From: Ruditapes philippinarum
Lineage: Eukaryota
Direction of reading: 5' to 3'
Assembly: GCF_026571515.1 (NCBI RefSeq)
Contig: NW_026853342.1
Coordinates: forward strand, 186,001-250,000
DNA length: 64,000 nucleotides
The position numbers and the translations under genes were made by a program. The first letter of the stretch is position 1; every line of letters begins with the position of its first letter. This document shows positions 53,867 to 63,200 of this stretch, piece by piece. The notes beneath the pieces are model-generated. The model saw only the letters and a program-made list of their open reading frames with translations, was not told the DNA's origin and did no database searches.

Positions 53867-55148
53867 ATATATCGATTGGTCTTGAAGACGTCTTGAGAAG
53901 TTTACTTCGTATAATTCCTTGAAGTGGATTGCTCCGACGACGCTTGGTTGTGAAATGAGGTGTTTTCTTGTGCGTCGGTTTATTTATACGTTTTGTTGCT
54001 CGACGAGGTCTTCTTCCACCTCTGACACGATTGATGAGTGATCTGCCCAATTGCAATGCTGCTGCTTTTCCAATGCTTTTGATTGCTTGTATGCCACGAG
54101 TCTTCAACACCTGTTTCGGACTTTTGCCTTTTAAAAGTACATCGGTGATAGCGCCTGTGCCTTGTCTAACTCCTTCATTTTTTATGGCTCTCATCGTTGA
54201 ACTGACAAGAGGTGCTAGAAGAGGTGTAGTAGATTTGATGGCCGAGTGAAACAAAGACCCTAGACCATGACCATATTGTCGGGGAACGCCTCTATACACG
54301 GGATACATGATCAATGTGTTTTCTTTTCTAAAATGCAACTTGACCATAGACTTGCCTTCTACAAAATGAACGACTTCGCCTGTGTCACCCCTTATATTGA
54401 TTTCAATTTCATCAAAATTGGATTTGGAGATGGGGATGTAATGCAAATTTAAAAATTCTTCATGAGTATGATTTGAATCTTTTCGAGTCGATTCAAAAGG
54501 TACCACTCGAAGTATGGGTGCCTCAATGTTTCCGAGGAACGTAAAATCGGCCAGATCGGAATAAATGAATAAATGATTGGTGCCTACATTTAAATCGACA
54601 CCATAAGGAAAGGGATTTTTGTCGGTGGGGTAAATATCACCCATCATCATACTCACACCTCCTAATTTCATGAGTAATTTCGGATGAAAGTGTAACCCCA
54701 TCTCAGTATGAGTGCTGTTAAACTTGACACGTTTCTTGGGTGTGGAATAACCAATATGAAAAGTCATTTCATTGTCATGTAAAAGTTTCCCTACAGCTTT
54801 TTGAATGGCTTCATCAATTTCGGTGATGAGGTGTTCTGGGGAAGAATACACCCCTGGTGGAATACAGCACGCATAACTGTATTGATCGTTTATCTTCCGA
54901 CACTGATGTGAAAATTTATTCATTTTCTTGCCTAAATTTAAATCGGTGGTGACAATTTTGAATTTCGATTCTTCTTCAGACACATTTACAATTTGAGAGG
55001 GGATAATAAGTTCTACCAAAGCCATCTCCCATTGACCTTTTTCGATATGGATAGGTTTAGCTAATTTCGTTCTAAATTGACTTTGGGTGTTGTTCTTAAA
55101 AATGTTGAGTGAGCTGTCACTTAACACGGTGATGTAAAACGAATTCAT
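53859..55148 (-). CDS. Minor capsid protein (penton, PX) in frame with a downstream basic core-like protein (from the ATG at 54308)
   Basis: The N-terminal FYITVLSDSS...F.T.L..PI...WEMALVE, FIYSDL, PILRVV and LHFRK match Polinton minor capsids. The C-terminal ~150 aa (RQYGHGLGSLF..., Arg/Lys-rich, ending DIFD) matches a gene that is usually separate. Confidence 0.85.
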   Translation of the reverse strand: MNSFYITVLSDSSLNIFKNNTQSQFRTKLAKPIHIEKGQWEMALVELIIPSQIVNVSEEESKFKIVTTDLNLGKKMNKFSHQCRKINDQYSYACCIPPGVYSSPEHLITEIDEAIQKAVGKLLHDNEMTFHIGYSTPKKRVKFNSTHTEMGLHFHPKLLMKLGGVSMMMGDIYPTDKNPFPYGVDLNVGTNHLFIYSDLADFTFLGNIEAPILRVVPFESTRKDSNHTHEEFLNLHYIPISKSNFDEIEINIRGDTGEVVHFVEGKSMVKLHFRKENTLIMYPVYRGVPRQYGHGLGSLFHSAIKSTTPLLAPLVSSTMRAIKNEGVRQGTGAITDVLLKGKSPKQVLKTRGIQAIKSIGKAAALQLGRSLINRVRGGRRPRRATKRINKPTHKKTPHFTTKRRRSNPLQGIIRSKLLKTSSRPIDIFD

Positions 55149-55443
55149 GGTTTAGGCTCACCCACTGCTTGTGACAATACACCTGGTTTGATAAATTTCA
55201 AAGTAGGTGTGGGTAAAATGTAACCGAGCGTGCTGCTCAAAAGAATTAACCAGATGGGGTCTTTTGATTCTAAACAGAGCTGAACAATAGACACGGCTAA
55301 CACGAAGTAAATGGCAATGATCTGTGACACGTACGTCAATCTGTTTTTCGGTTCTAGAGATTTCGAAATGATGGAGCTGCTTCTGTTGCTCACCTGTACG
55401 CTGACCGAATCTAACTGTGGCATCTTTTGTGTAGTGTCTTCCA
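55145..55443 (-). CDS. Small two-helix membrane protein of the Polinton
   Basis: Likely start MEDTTQK; two hydrophobic segments ending WLILLSSTLGYILPTP; packed between the integrase and penton genes. Confidence 0.65.
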
Positions 55444-55445
55444 TT

Positions 55446-56552
55446 TTATAGGAGATGACTGGCCGGAATCCAACTGTCAAATTTACTCGGATAACCTTCC
55501 CAGTGTACTTTAATTTCTCTGATCTTTTTTCCGCCTACGTTTCTTGTGCGTCGTGCAAGAACTGATTGAATTTCATAAATCTCAGTGTCTTTTATAGCCT
55601 GGATTTCAGGTAGGTAGAAAGATCCCTCAATCGCTTCACCTCCTAAATCTTCCAGCTTGACCGTAGGTGGAGATGAATGACGAATGGATGTCACTTTAAA
55701 CAATTCTGTTGTCCAATTGGGGAGATATCCTTTATCAAATGTTTTCTTAGTTTTGTTGATGCGAACTAAATCGCCCACTTGAACAGGGAGTGATTTTACT
55801 TTGTTTTTCGATCCATACAAATGGCGTGCCACTTCAGGTTCTGTATCGGGTGTCACTGAAGCCGGTGTTCTTTGAATACTGCGATGAAAGCTGTGATTGT
55901 AGGCATGGACCATATCCTGAAGCACATCGATGTAACATCTTGTTTTTTCATGTGTGAAATATTTCCACATGCGACTTTTCAAACTTCTTTGAAATCGTTC
56001 AACAATGCTGGCTTTGGTCTCTGGATTTTCCGTAGTGAAAAAATGAATCTTTTTCTTCTTTAAGAATTGTTGAAACTCTTTATTTTTAAATTCAGAGCCT
56101 TTATCAGTTTGCAGTGATTTCGGTGATCGTCCACTTTTCAGAATAGTTTGAAACGCTTTGATGAGTGTGTTTCCTGTCTTGTTGAAAATCGGTATCACCC
56201 AAGCATATTTGGAGAAAACATCAATGACACAAAGCAAATAACGATATTGATCATTGTCTTTCATCAGTTTTTGTAGGTCTGCTAAATCGGCCTGCCACTG
56301 GATATCAATACCTCCCACACGTGTTTGACGTCTTTGAAATTTTCGTCGAATCGGTTTGTGCAAGGTGTAGGTCTTCTGTTTCTGAAGCCATGCTTTGATC
56401 TGTTCCAATGATACCTTTGGATAATACTGTTTTGCTGCGACTTGCAATTTACGAATGCCTGCATATCCGGCAGGATGGCTTGGATCATAGTAAATGTCAG
56501 CAAGAAGCGTATCCAGGGTATGCTTCCCCTTTGCTTTATGTTGTACAGTCAT
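55446..56552 (-). CDS. Retroviral-like (rve, DDE) integrase with a C-terminal chromodomain
   Basis: WQADLAD, IDVFSKYAW, LQTDKGSEF and ASIVERFQRSLK motifs; C-terminal YEIQSVL...VHWEGYPSKFDSWI. Confidence 0.95.
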   Translation of the reverse strand: MTVQHKAKGKHTLDTLLADIYYDPSHPAGYAGIRKLQVAAKQYYPKVSLEQIKAWLQKQKTYTLHKPIRRKFQRRQTRVGGIDIQWQADLADLQKLMKDNDQYRYLLCVIDVFSKYAWVIPIFNKTGNTLIKAFQTILKSGRSPKSLQTDKGSEFKNKEFQQFLKKKKIHFFTTENPETKASIVERFQRSLKSRMWKYFTHEKTRCYIDVLQDMVHAYNHSFHRSIQRTPASVTPDTEPEVARHLYGSKNKVKSLPVQVGDLVRINKTKKTFDKGYLPNWTTELFKVTSIRHSSPPTVKLEDLGGEAIEGSFYLPEIQAIKDTEIYEIQSVLARRTRNVGGKKIREIKVHWEGYPSKFDSWIPASHLL

Positions 56553-56553
56553 A

Positions 56554-57336
56554 TCAATAAGGTTCCCAAGAGGTGATGTGAGATCCGGATGCTTTTGGTT
56601 CGTGTTTTATAGGTTTGACTGCTCGAGGTGAAGGTGTTGCAGGAAAGCTGTAACTCGCTTCAAAGAATTTATCTCCATCTTCATCTTCTACATAATCATC
56701 GTCTGAGAGTTGTCTCTGCATCCAAGACCAACGTTGTTTATTTCCAATGTATTCTTGTGGTACATTCATGTCTCTCAGACCACTTGAGAAGTATTCCCAT
56801 CCTCGGGGGCTTGAACCTTTTCGATGGCGTAAGACATCATTCACTAAATCAATAATGTTTGAACCGTCAATAGGTTTGCCTTGCACTTCCAACCGTCCCT
56901 GCTCATTCCATGACATATCGGGATGTTCCTCTAACATTTGAAGAAGAAGTTTAGCTTTACGTCTCATGGTGGTGGGGACGCTGTCCACTATACGATCAAA
57001 CAATGGTTTTCTGACCACAGGATCTGTACCAGCACCTGCACCAGGATCTGCACTAGGATCTGCACCAGGATCTGCACCAGCACCCACTTTTGTAGGTTTA
57101 GGTCGGAGCGCTTTTTTATGTGCCATTTGAAATTGTTGCAATTTTTGTCCATAGAGTTGTGCTTTTTCACTTTCTGACACATGGTCTTCTTTCAGCACAG
57201 CATTCATGTCTTGATGTAAATGTGAAGCCTGGGTCACCTGTGGATTTGGTGGTAATCTTGGACGTTGTTGCTGTTCTGATTTCCATCTGTTCATTTCTTC
57301 CAACAGTTGATACGGAACAATGGCCATTTTCTTCAT
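56554..57336 (-). CDS. Conserved Polinton protein of unknown function (PZ-like position)
   Basis: 260 aa with VP..MRRKAK.LL, WN..G, GSNIIDLV and P.GW..F motifs of the gene upstream of the integrase in Polintons; contains a short ADPG repeat. Confidence 0.7.
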   Translation of the reverse strand: MKKMAIVPYQLLEEMNRWKSEQQQRPRLPPNPQVTQASHLHQDMNAVLKEDHVSESEKAQLYGQKLQQFQMAHKKALRPKPTKVGAGADPGADPSADPGAGAGTDPVVRKPLFDRIVDSVPTTMRRKAKLLLQMLEEHPDMSWNEQGRLEVQGKPIDGSNIIDLVNDVLRHRKGSSPRGWEYFSSGLRDMNVPQEYIGNKQRWSWMQRQLSDDDYVEDEDGDKFFEASYSFPATPSPRAVKPIKHEPKASGSHITSWEPY

Positions 57337-57704
57337 ATTTTATCGACGAGTTTTCCTACGGTATCTGCTATCATAGGCGCCAACGTTAATGCCAAGATGG
57401 GTAAAAATCCACCTTTTTGATTCAAGATCTTTCTTTTCTTGTGAAGAGGTACTCGTCTGTCTGCCAAGAGGCGTAGATGTTGACGGTTCGGTTGCAACTT
57501 GCGCTTTTGAGTGTCTGACAACGGTACGTTTCCTTTTAAAACATTGTGACAGCATTCCGACACACAATGAATGACTTCAGGTGGTGCATGTTTAATCATC
57601 GATTTCCGAAACTTGGGAGTAGCTTGACTTATCGCCATGATTGTAGCACCATGTTTATGAATCAGAGGCTTCTTGTTCTTTCTCGTCTTTCTGTTTGCTG
57701 CCAT
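57333..57704 (-). CDS. Small basic Polinton protein (putative virion core/membrane-active protein)
   Basis: 123 aa; SECCHNVLKGNVPLS...KKRKILNQKGGFLP followed by an amphipathic tail. The GG-F site resembles an adenain cleavage site. Confidence 0.75.
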   Translation of the reverse strand: MAANRKTRKNKKPLIHKHGATIMAISQATPKFRKSMIKHAPPEVIHCVSECCHNVLKGNVPLSDTQKRKLQPNRQHLRLLADRRVPLHKKRKILNQKGGFLPILALTLAPMIADTVGKLVDKI

Positions 57705-57758
57705 GATGTCTTGTTTTCAAATGAAGCTCTCTTCAGTCTGTTGTCTCTTTTTATATGC

Positions 57759-58586
57759 TCAGTTCAGTGGAGAAAATCTGGACATCAGTTGAATGGGGGT
57801 CCTCGGAGAACTGTGTCTAAGAGGTGGTGTGTTCAAGACGGGTGTGCTTAACATGGAGCTGGATGGACGAGATCGATGCGACGAAGGTGTAGTGAATCCC
57901 GATATCACACTCAAAGGTGACAGATTAATAGATCGTGGTGGTGAAGTTTGATCCAACACCTGGCTCACATCGTGTAAATGTGTTAAGGGACTCGAACTTT
58001 TGCTCCTGCTTGGCTTTCGTCTTTTTGTCACAAATCGATCATCAATGTTTCTGAATACTGTCTTCTTTTTCTTGGGTGTTCTCTTAGGTGTTCTCTTTTT
58101 CTTAGGTGTTCTCTTTTTCTTAGGTGTTCTCTTTTTCTTGGGTGTCCTCTTTTTCTTGGGAGCTTGACGTCGACTTGTTGATGGTGCTGCTCTTGCTGTT
58201 CTGGCTGTAGTGCTAGTGCGAGGTGAATCAAACTTTCGTTTGATCTTTTCTCCGTCCCAGCGTAGTAGATTTCGAATCATAACGCCTCCCAAAAAGCCGC
58301 TTCCACCGGGTTTTAATATGATTTTTCTTTTTGCTTCAGCCGTCAGATTGGAATCAGCTAACTGTTCAATGGCCTGCTTGTTCTTGTCTATGAATTTCAT
58401 GGACTGTTTGGGCAACTTGATTTTCTTCTGTAGAATCAGCTTTGCAGCCAATGTAAACCATTTGACCATCTCTCTTAATCCTGCAGAAAGCACCAGGTTT
58501 CTGTGCTGTATGTTGTTTGTTCTGCTAAATTGTTCTAATGCCCGAATGAGCACCGGAGGTGTCCATAATTCGTGATTGACGCTCAT
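57759..58586 (-). CDS. Highly basic protein with PKKKRT repeats (putative DNA-condensing core protein)
   Basis: 275 aa; tandem TPKKKR units from an 18-bp repeat (about 58065-58160) and a Ser/Pro/Arg-rich tail. Confidence 0.7.
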   Translation of the reverse strand: MSVNHELWTPPVLIRALEQFSRTNNIQHRNLVLSAGLREMVKWFTLAAKLILQKKIKLPKQSMKFIDKNKQAIEQLADSNLTAEAKRKIILKPGGSGFLGGVMIRNLLRWDGEKIKRKFDSPRTSTTARTARAAPSTSRRQAPKKKRTPKKKRTPKKKRTPKKKRTPKRTPKKKKTVFRNIDDRFVTKRRKPSRSKSSSPLTHLHDVSQVLDQTSPPRSINLSPLSVISGFTTPSSHRSRPSSSMLSTPVLNTPPLRHSSPRTPIQLMSRFSPLN

Positions 58587-58632
58587 GACTGCACCTTGGC
58601 AAATGAATGCAAACTGTATTCACTCTTCCTTT

Positions 58633-59288
58633 TTATAATCGTGTGTATACAATCGGACCTCGATCTTGCTCTGTCACCCAGTGATGAAAAATATCTGACC
58701 GTAATCGATACATATCCTGCGTCTTTGGATGAAAATCAATGAGTAAATAGCCATGAGGTTTCGATGTTGCATCTTGATAGGCCGCTAATAAATGTGGTAA
58801 CTGTATTTGATTTGCGAGTGTCTTGATCTGTCCTTTATCTCTTGTATTTTGAAATAAAATCATGTAATGAGCATTCAGACTAATTGTTCGACTGTCTTTA
58901 GATTGCTGAAACAAGTTTTGAGTGATATAAATCACACTTGCATTACGATGATGTCCTTTTCGTGTGAACCATAATTTGATTTTTTCTTCATCTTTATCGC
59001 CTAACATGTCGTCAAAGATGACCAAATGTCGATCGGCTGTGTCTGTTACGATATCATCATCGTCGTCTGGAATGCCATCTATGAATTTGATGAAAGATTC
59101 TTGACTCTCTTGAATCATAGCATACACGAGTTGCCATTCTTTATAGCACCAAATGATACGTTGTGGTACAAGTTGAAATAAATTCTCTTTATATTCGATT
59201 AATCGTTTGACAAATTGTGTTTTCCTGAACCGCTTGATCCAGAAATGAAAATATTGCAAGGATGTTGAAAAAGTAAACTGGATTCCAT
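58633..59288 (-). CDS. A32/FtsK-like genome packaging ATPase (1-nt frameshift in Walker A in this assembly)
   Basis: MESSLLFQHPCNIFISGSSGSGK is read from 59288 and shifts frame in an A-run at about 59222 to TQFVKRL. Walker B LVIFDDM; FTRKGHHRNASVIYITQNLF; RTISLNAHY; PHGYLLID. Confidence 0.9.
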
Positions 59289-59357
59289 ACTGATCAATGA
59301 CTCAATGAAAACAAAACAACACATGCATTCTTCTTTATACTTTTATTTTTTTTCAAT

Positions 59358-59885
59358 CTACCATCCTTTACGTTCTGCATGGCGATTACAAAACAAAGTT
59401 AACATGTTAACATCTAACTGTTCATTAACATCAGGCAAAAAATTTAGACAATAACAAACATCATATGGTCTTTTACTATGTTCACACCACTCAATACATA
59501 GATCAGAATGATACTTAGTCATATAATTTCTCAACATATACAGAAAAGTGCTTCCAACAGGTATAGACAAGTCCCAATACTTCAACTTTGTCATCACGCC
59601 TGGAATAGATTTCCACTTCACCACCCGCATTCCATGTAAGTCTAGAAAGTCTGCTAAGGCGGTTTCAATGTCCATCTTTTGATGTATCACACGCAGAGGT
59701 AAATTGTCATACAGCCTGCAGTAAGGATCATCAAACTGATGTACTTGTGAAAAGTCAATGTCTAATCCCATTCTGTTGCGAATGTAATTCATCATAAGAT
59801 AAGCCCATAAATCATTATCGAAGCCAAGATGTACTTTACTGTAATGAGCTTCGTCTACCGTAACGCTATGAGTTGATGTGCTCAT
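59358..59885 (-). CDS. Hypothetical Polinton protein
   Basis: ORF packed co-directionally between PolB and the ATPase; likely start MSTSTH; no recognised motif. Confidence 0.6.
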   Translation of the reverse strand: MSTSTHSVTVDEAHYSKVHLGFDNDLWAYLMMNYIRNRMGLDIDFSQVHQFDDPYCRLYDNLPLRVIHQKMDIETALADFLDLHGMRVVKWKSIPGVMTKLKYWDLSIPVGSTFLYMLRNYMTKYHSDLCIEWCEHSKRPYDVCYCLNFLPDVNEQLDVNMLTLFCNRHAERKGW

Positions 59886-60192
59886 CTTGATGGTTGAGTA
59901 AAGAATGATGACGAGTCTCACATCGCTTCCTATTTATAACTTGACTCAAAAATTGTACAACTTCAGGTTGATTCACGACTCGTGTTTGCCAATCGCTATA
60001 ATGCCAATACGTCCAATGATCGCACATATATCGGGCTGCTATTTGAAATTCATGAAACATGTCTGCTTTTTGCAACTGAGTCTCTATGAAAGCGGGTGTG
60101 ATGCTTTCAGTGTAAGGCGTGATCATGTGAAAAGCAAGAATTAAAGCTTTTCTACAGATAGGACTGTCCAAAACACGTGTGCTTCCTTCCAT
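59866..60192 (-). CDS. Hypothetical Polinton protein
   Basis: 108-aa ORF starting 9 nt after the PolB stop on the same strand. Confidence 0.6.
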   Translation of the reverse strand: MEGSTRVLDSPICRKALILAFHMITPYTESITPAFIETQLQKADMFHEFQIAARYMCDHWTYWHYSDWQTRVVNQPEVVQFLSQVINRKRCETRHHSLLNHQDEHINS

Positions 60193-60201
60193 GTTTCTGA
60201 C

Positions 60202-63200
60202 TTATGAATGTAGATAGCCATATGGAACCGTTTTAAATGTATCTACGACCAATCGTTTGGTGTAAACTGATCGAAATGTTTTCGTTTGTGGACCACTGGT
60301 GACTTTTCTGTCTCTATGTCTTTGAATGCGAGATGGATAATGAATCACGCTTGAATAATTATCTCTGTCTTTCACACAGTCTACCATCGTGTCGAAATTG
60401 ACTTTTTGAGTTGTATCGTAGTCCAATGTGATACCTTTCACTTTACATTTTGTATACCTCTTGCCTTCTACAATATATTCATAGCCGTAATTCTTAGGTC
60501 CCAATGCGACGTATTTCACAATTTTACCTTCCGGTACTTCATCTGTCCATTTACCTAGGCGGCTATTGATGATAGGAATGTTATATTGATCAGGGTCGTA
60601 CACATACATGCAGCTGTCTGTATCAAAGTAAAGCACCCGTTGACCTAGCTGTTCCAACTGTGCATAGAGTTCAAGTCTGGCATAGGCCGTAACAAAGGAG
60701 GCCACCACCACATTAGCCGATGAATGAGGTTGTGCTTGATCTGACTGATCTGAATAGTTTATCAAGATAAATTCATCATGGTCAAACATGTCCACATAAT
60801 TCACGGTGATATGAGGATTCGTGACGATGTCATAAAATCCCGACACTGAGTTGACATATTCCGTTTTCGCTAATACATTGTTTTGTGCATTTTTACCCCA
60901 TAGACAGTTCAGCATGGTTTTTGCAAATGCTCGTTTCCCCACATTCTTTTCAATATGTTCCAGCTCTATGCCTTCGGCCTCAAAATACTCGTCTTTAAAC
61001 GTTTGCTGGTCCTCTGCGGTTTTCACCCAGGGTGGATACCCGCTGGCCTCTTGTTTCATTTTCAGGTACTTGTTAATGTAATTAGTGTACACTTGATCAC
61101 TCCAATGCTCCCAGTGCCAAATATGATAAATGTCCATGATCTGATACCCTCTATCAAGCGCCTTTGCTAATTCGATGGACGTCCATGTTCCGACCAAGGC
61201 TCGATCCTCTATATCATGGTGGCAGAACGTACATTCTTTCTCAGCACATGTCCGACATAGTGTGAATACCATTTTCTTGTTACAATGTAAAGGTAGAATT
61301 GGCATCCATAAATCTTGCGGGGGTAGCACTTTACATTTAATGAGTCCTTTGTAAGTGTGTATCTGCTCGTTATTTATGTCTTCCTGGCTCAGAATGACAG
61401 GATGTCCCAAAGGATAGGCTTTGTATTTACATACATACGGATACAGTGAGCAAATGTCGGCATATTTGATCTCTTGCTGTGTACTTTCATCTACTTCATA
61501 ATATAGTTGTACTGCATTTGTTCTCCCTCCGAATAGAGCCTCACGAGGTTCAATAGGCTCTAAATGTGGATAAAATTGATCTATGAGACTCTTATACTGC
61601 GGATCTTGCTTACAACGTGCATCGAAATCACACTCCCAAATGTACTTGATGGCCATCCCATAGCGTTTTAATGCATCAAAGCGCTGAAATGTCTTTCTGT
61701 ACAATGAGCCCATACTTTCCATTGAAAACGGGTTGATTAAGTCTCGATTGGGATAGCATTTCAAACATCCATGGTACCAGCATCCGAGCATCTCGTAAAT
61801 AACGTTGCTTTCTTCACAGAAGCCGTCTACATAGTGCTGTCCTATACGCTTTTCACCACCATTCAAAGCATGCTGTATGTGTATACCGTCTGTAACTGCC
61901 TCGCCTTGTATCCATCGCACACCTTTGATTGAATATTTGACTTTATTGGGGTACCCCGCATCTGATATGATGGCTAAACTTTGTTCAGGCATAGAGTTCT
62001 TTCTCCAAGCTTTATTGCATGCTTGTGCCAAGGTACATGCTTCTATGAATGGATCAATGTCATCACTGACCAGTAACTGGTATCGAAACTCGCCACACCC
62101 TCTTCTTAAGATATCTACGTCCGACTTGCAGTACGTCTCCATCGCTTGTTGAAAATCGAACATGACTTTGTTGTCGACTTTCTCATTATACCAGGCTAGA
62201 AACTTGTCTCTCGATTCGGGTTTCATACTTCCAGGTTTATAGTACTCTAGTGGCAAATAAGGACCCTTGTAAGTCTGGAACTCGTGCGTATTGGCCCAAA
62301 ACGGAAACCATCCTTTTGCCATTTCAGTCAAACCAAATGTTTTTGGAAAGGCGGCTAGCGGCATGGTGATAAAACTCATAGAGTCAATGAGTCGTACTTG
62401 ATGTGCTTCCAGCATGATGATTTTACTACCGTTCATGATCAGTTTCGGCTTGACTGTACCGTGTGTCACTAAATACCTCAATATAAATTGTGCATCATAT
62501 CCTTGAGCATTATGAGCAATCGCTGTAGCGCCTTGGTGTATCGGTTTACAAAAGTCTTGTAAGGTTTGATCCCCACGAAAAATGACCTCTCGTTGCCCCG
62601 GCACTTGATCACATTGTATTCATGGTTCAGTGACTGCTTCTCTAATGCATTCATGACAAGCCCTCTGTGCCACACAGAAATTAGGAATATGTTCACCACT
62701 GTCAAATCGGCATTCAAAATCGTAAAAGATGAAAGGCACCTCTGGTTGCTTCTCTTTTTCTGGAGATTCATACTTTGGAATGTAGCACTCATGATCAGCA
62801 TTCACCACTTGTTTACAGTAGTAACACTTTTTAGTCCCTGGACACAGATGCGATTTTCTTGTGCCTACGACCATTTGATTGCATTGTTTACACACCCATA
62901 CCGATTGACATATATTCTTCTTATGTTTACCTTTTACTTGTTTATGTTTCTGAAAGCATTCATCACTAGTGAAAAACCGTAAACAATCCATACACTGTCT
63001 GTTTCGTACAAATTTACATTTCGTCGTAGAATAACACTGGCATAAATGTTTACATTGATGCTGTTCTTTACATTTGTAGGCTATATCACAATAATGACAA
63101 TAATAGCATCGGCCTAAGAATCCCGTGATAGACTTTATCGTATCAAAATGTTCTTGATGAAAATAAATGTAAATGGCTGTACTGTGCTCTGTCATCTGCG

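Noticed and set aside
59215-59230. Programmed frameshift in the ATPase
   Set aside because: A single missing A in a homopolymer within Walker A is more simply a sequencing error or mutation; I see no slippery heptamer or stimulatory structure.
53009-62982. Plus-strand and alternative-frame ORFs within the Polinton
   Set aside because: They are shadows of well-supported minus-strand genes and have no motifs of their own.
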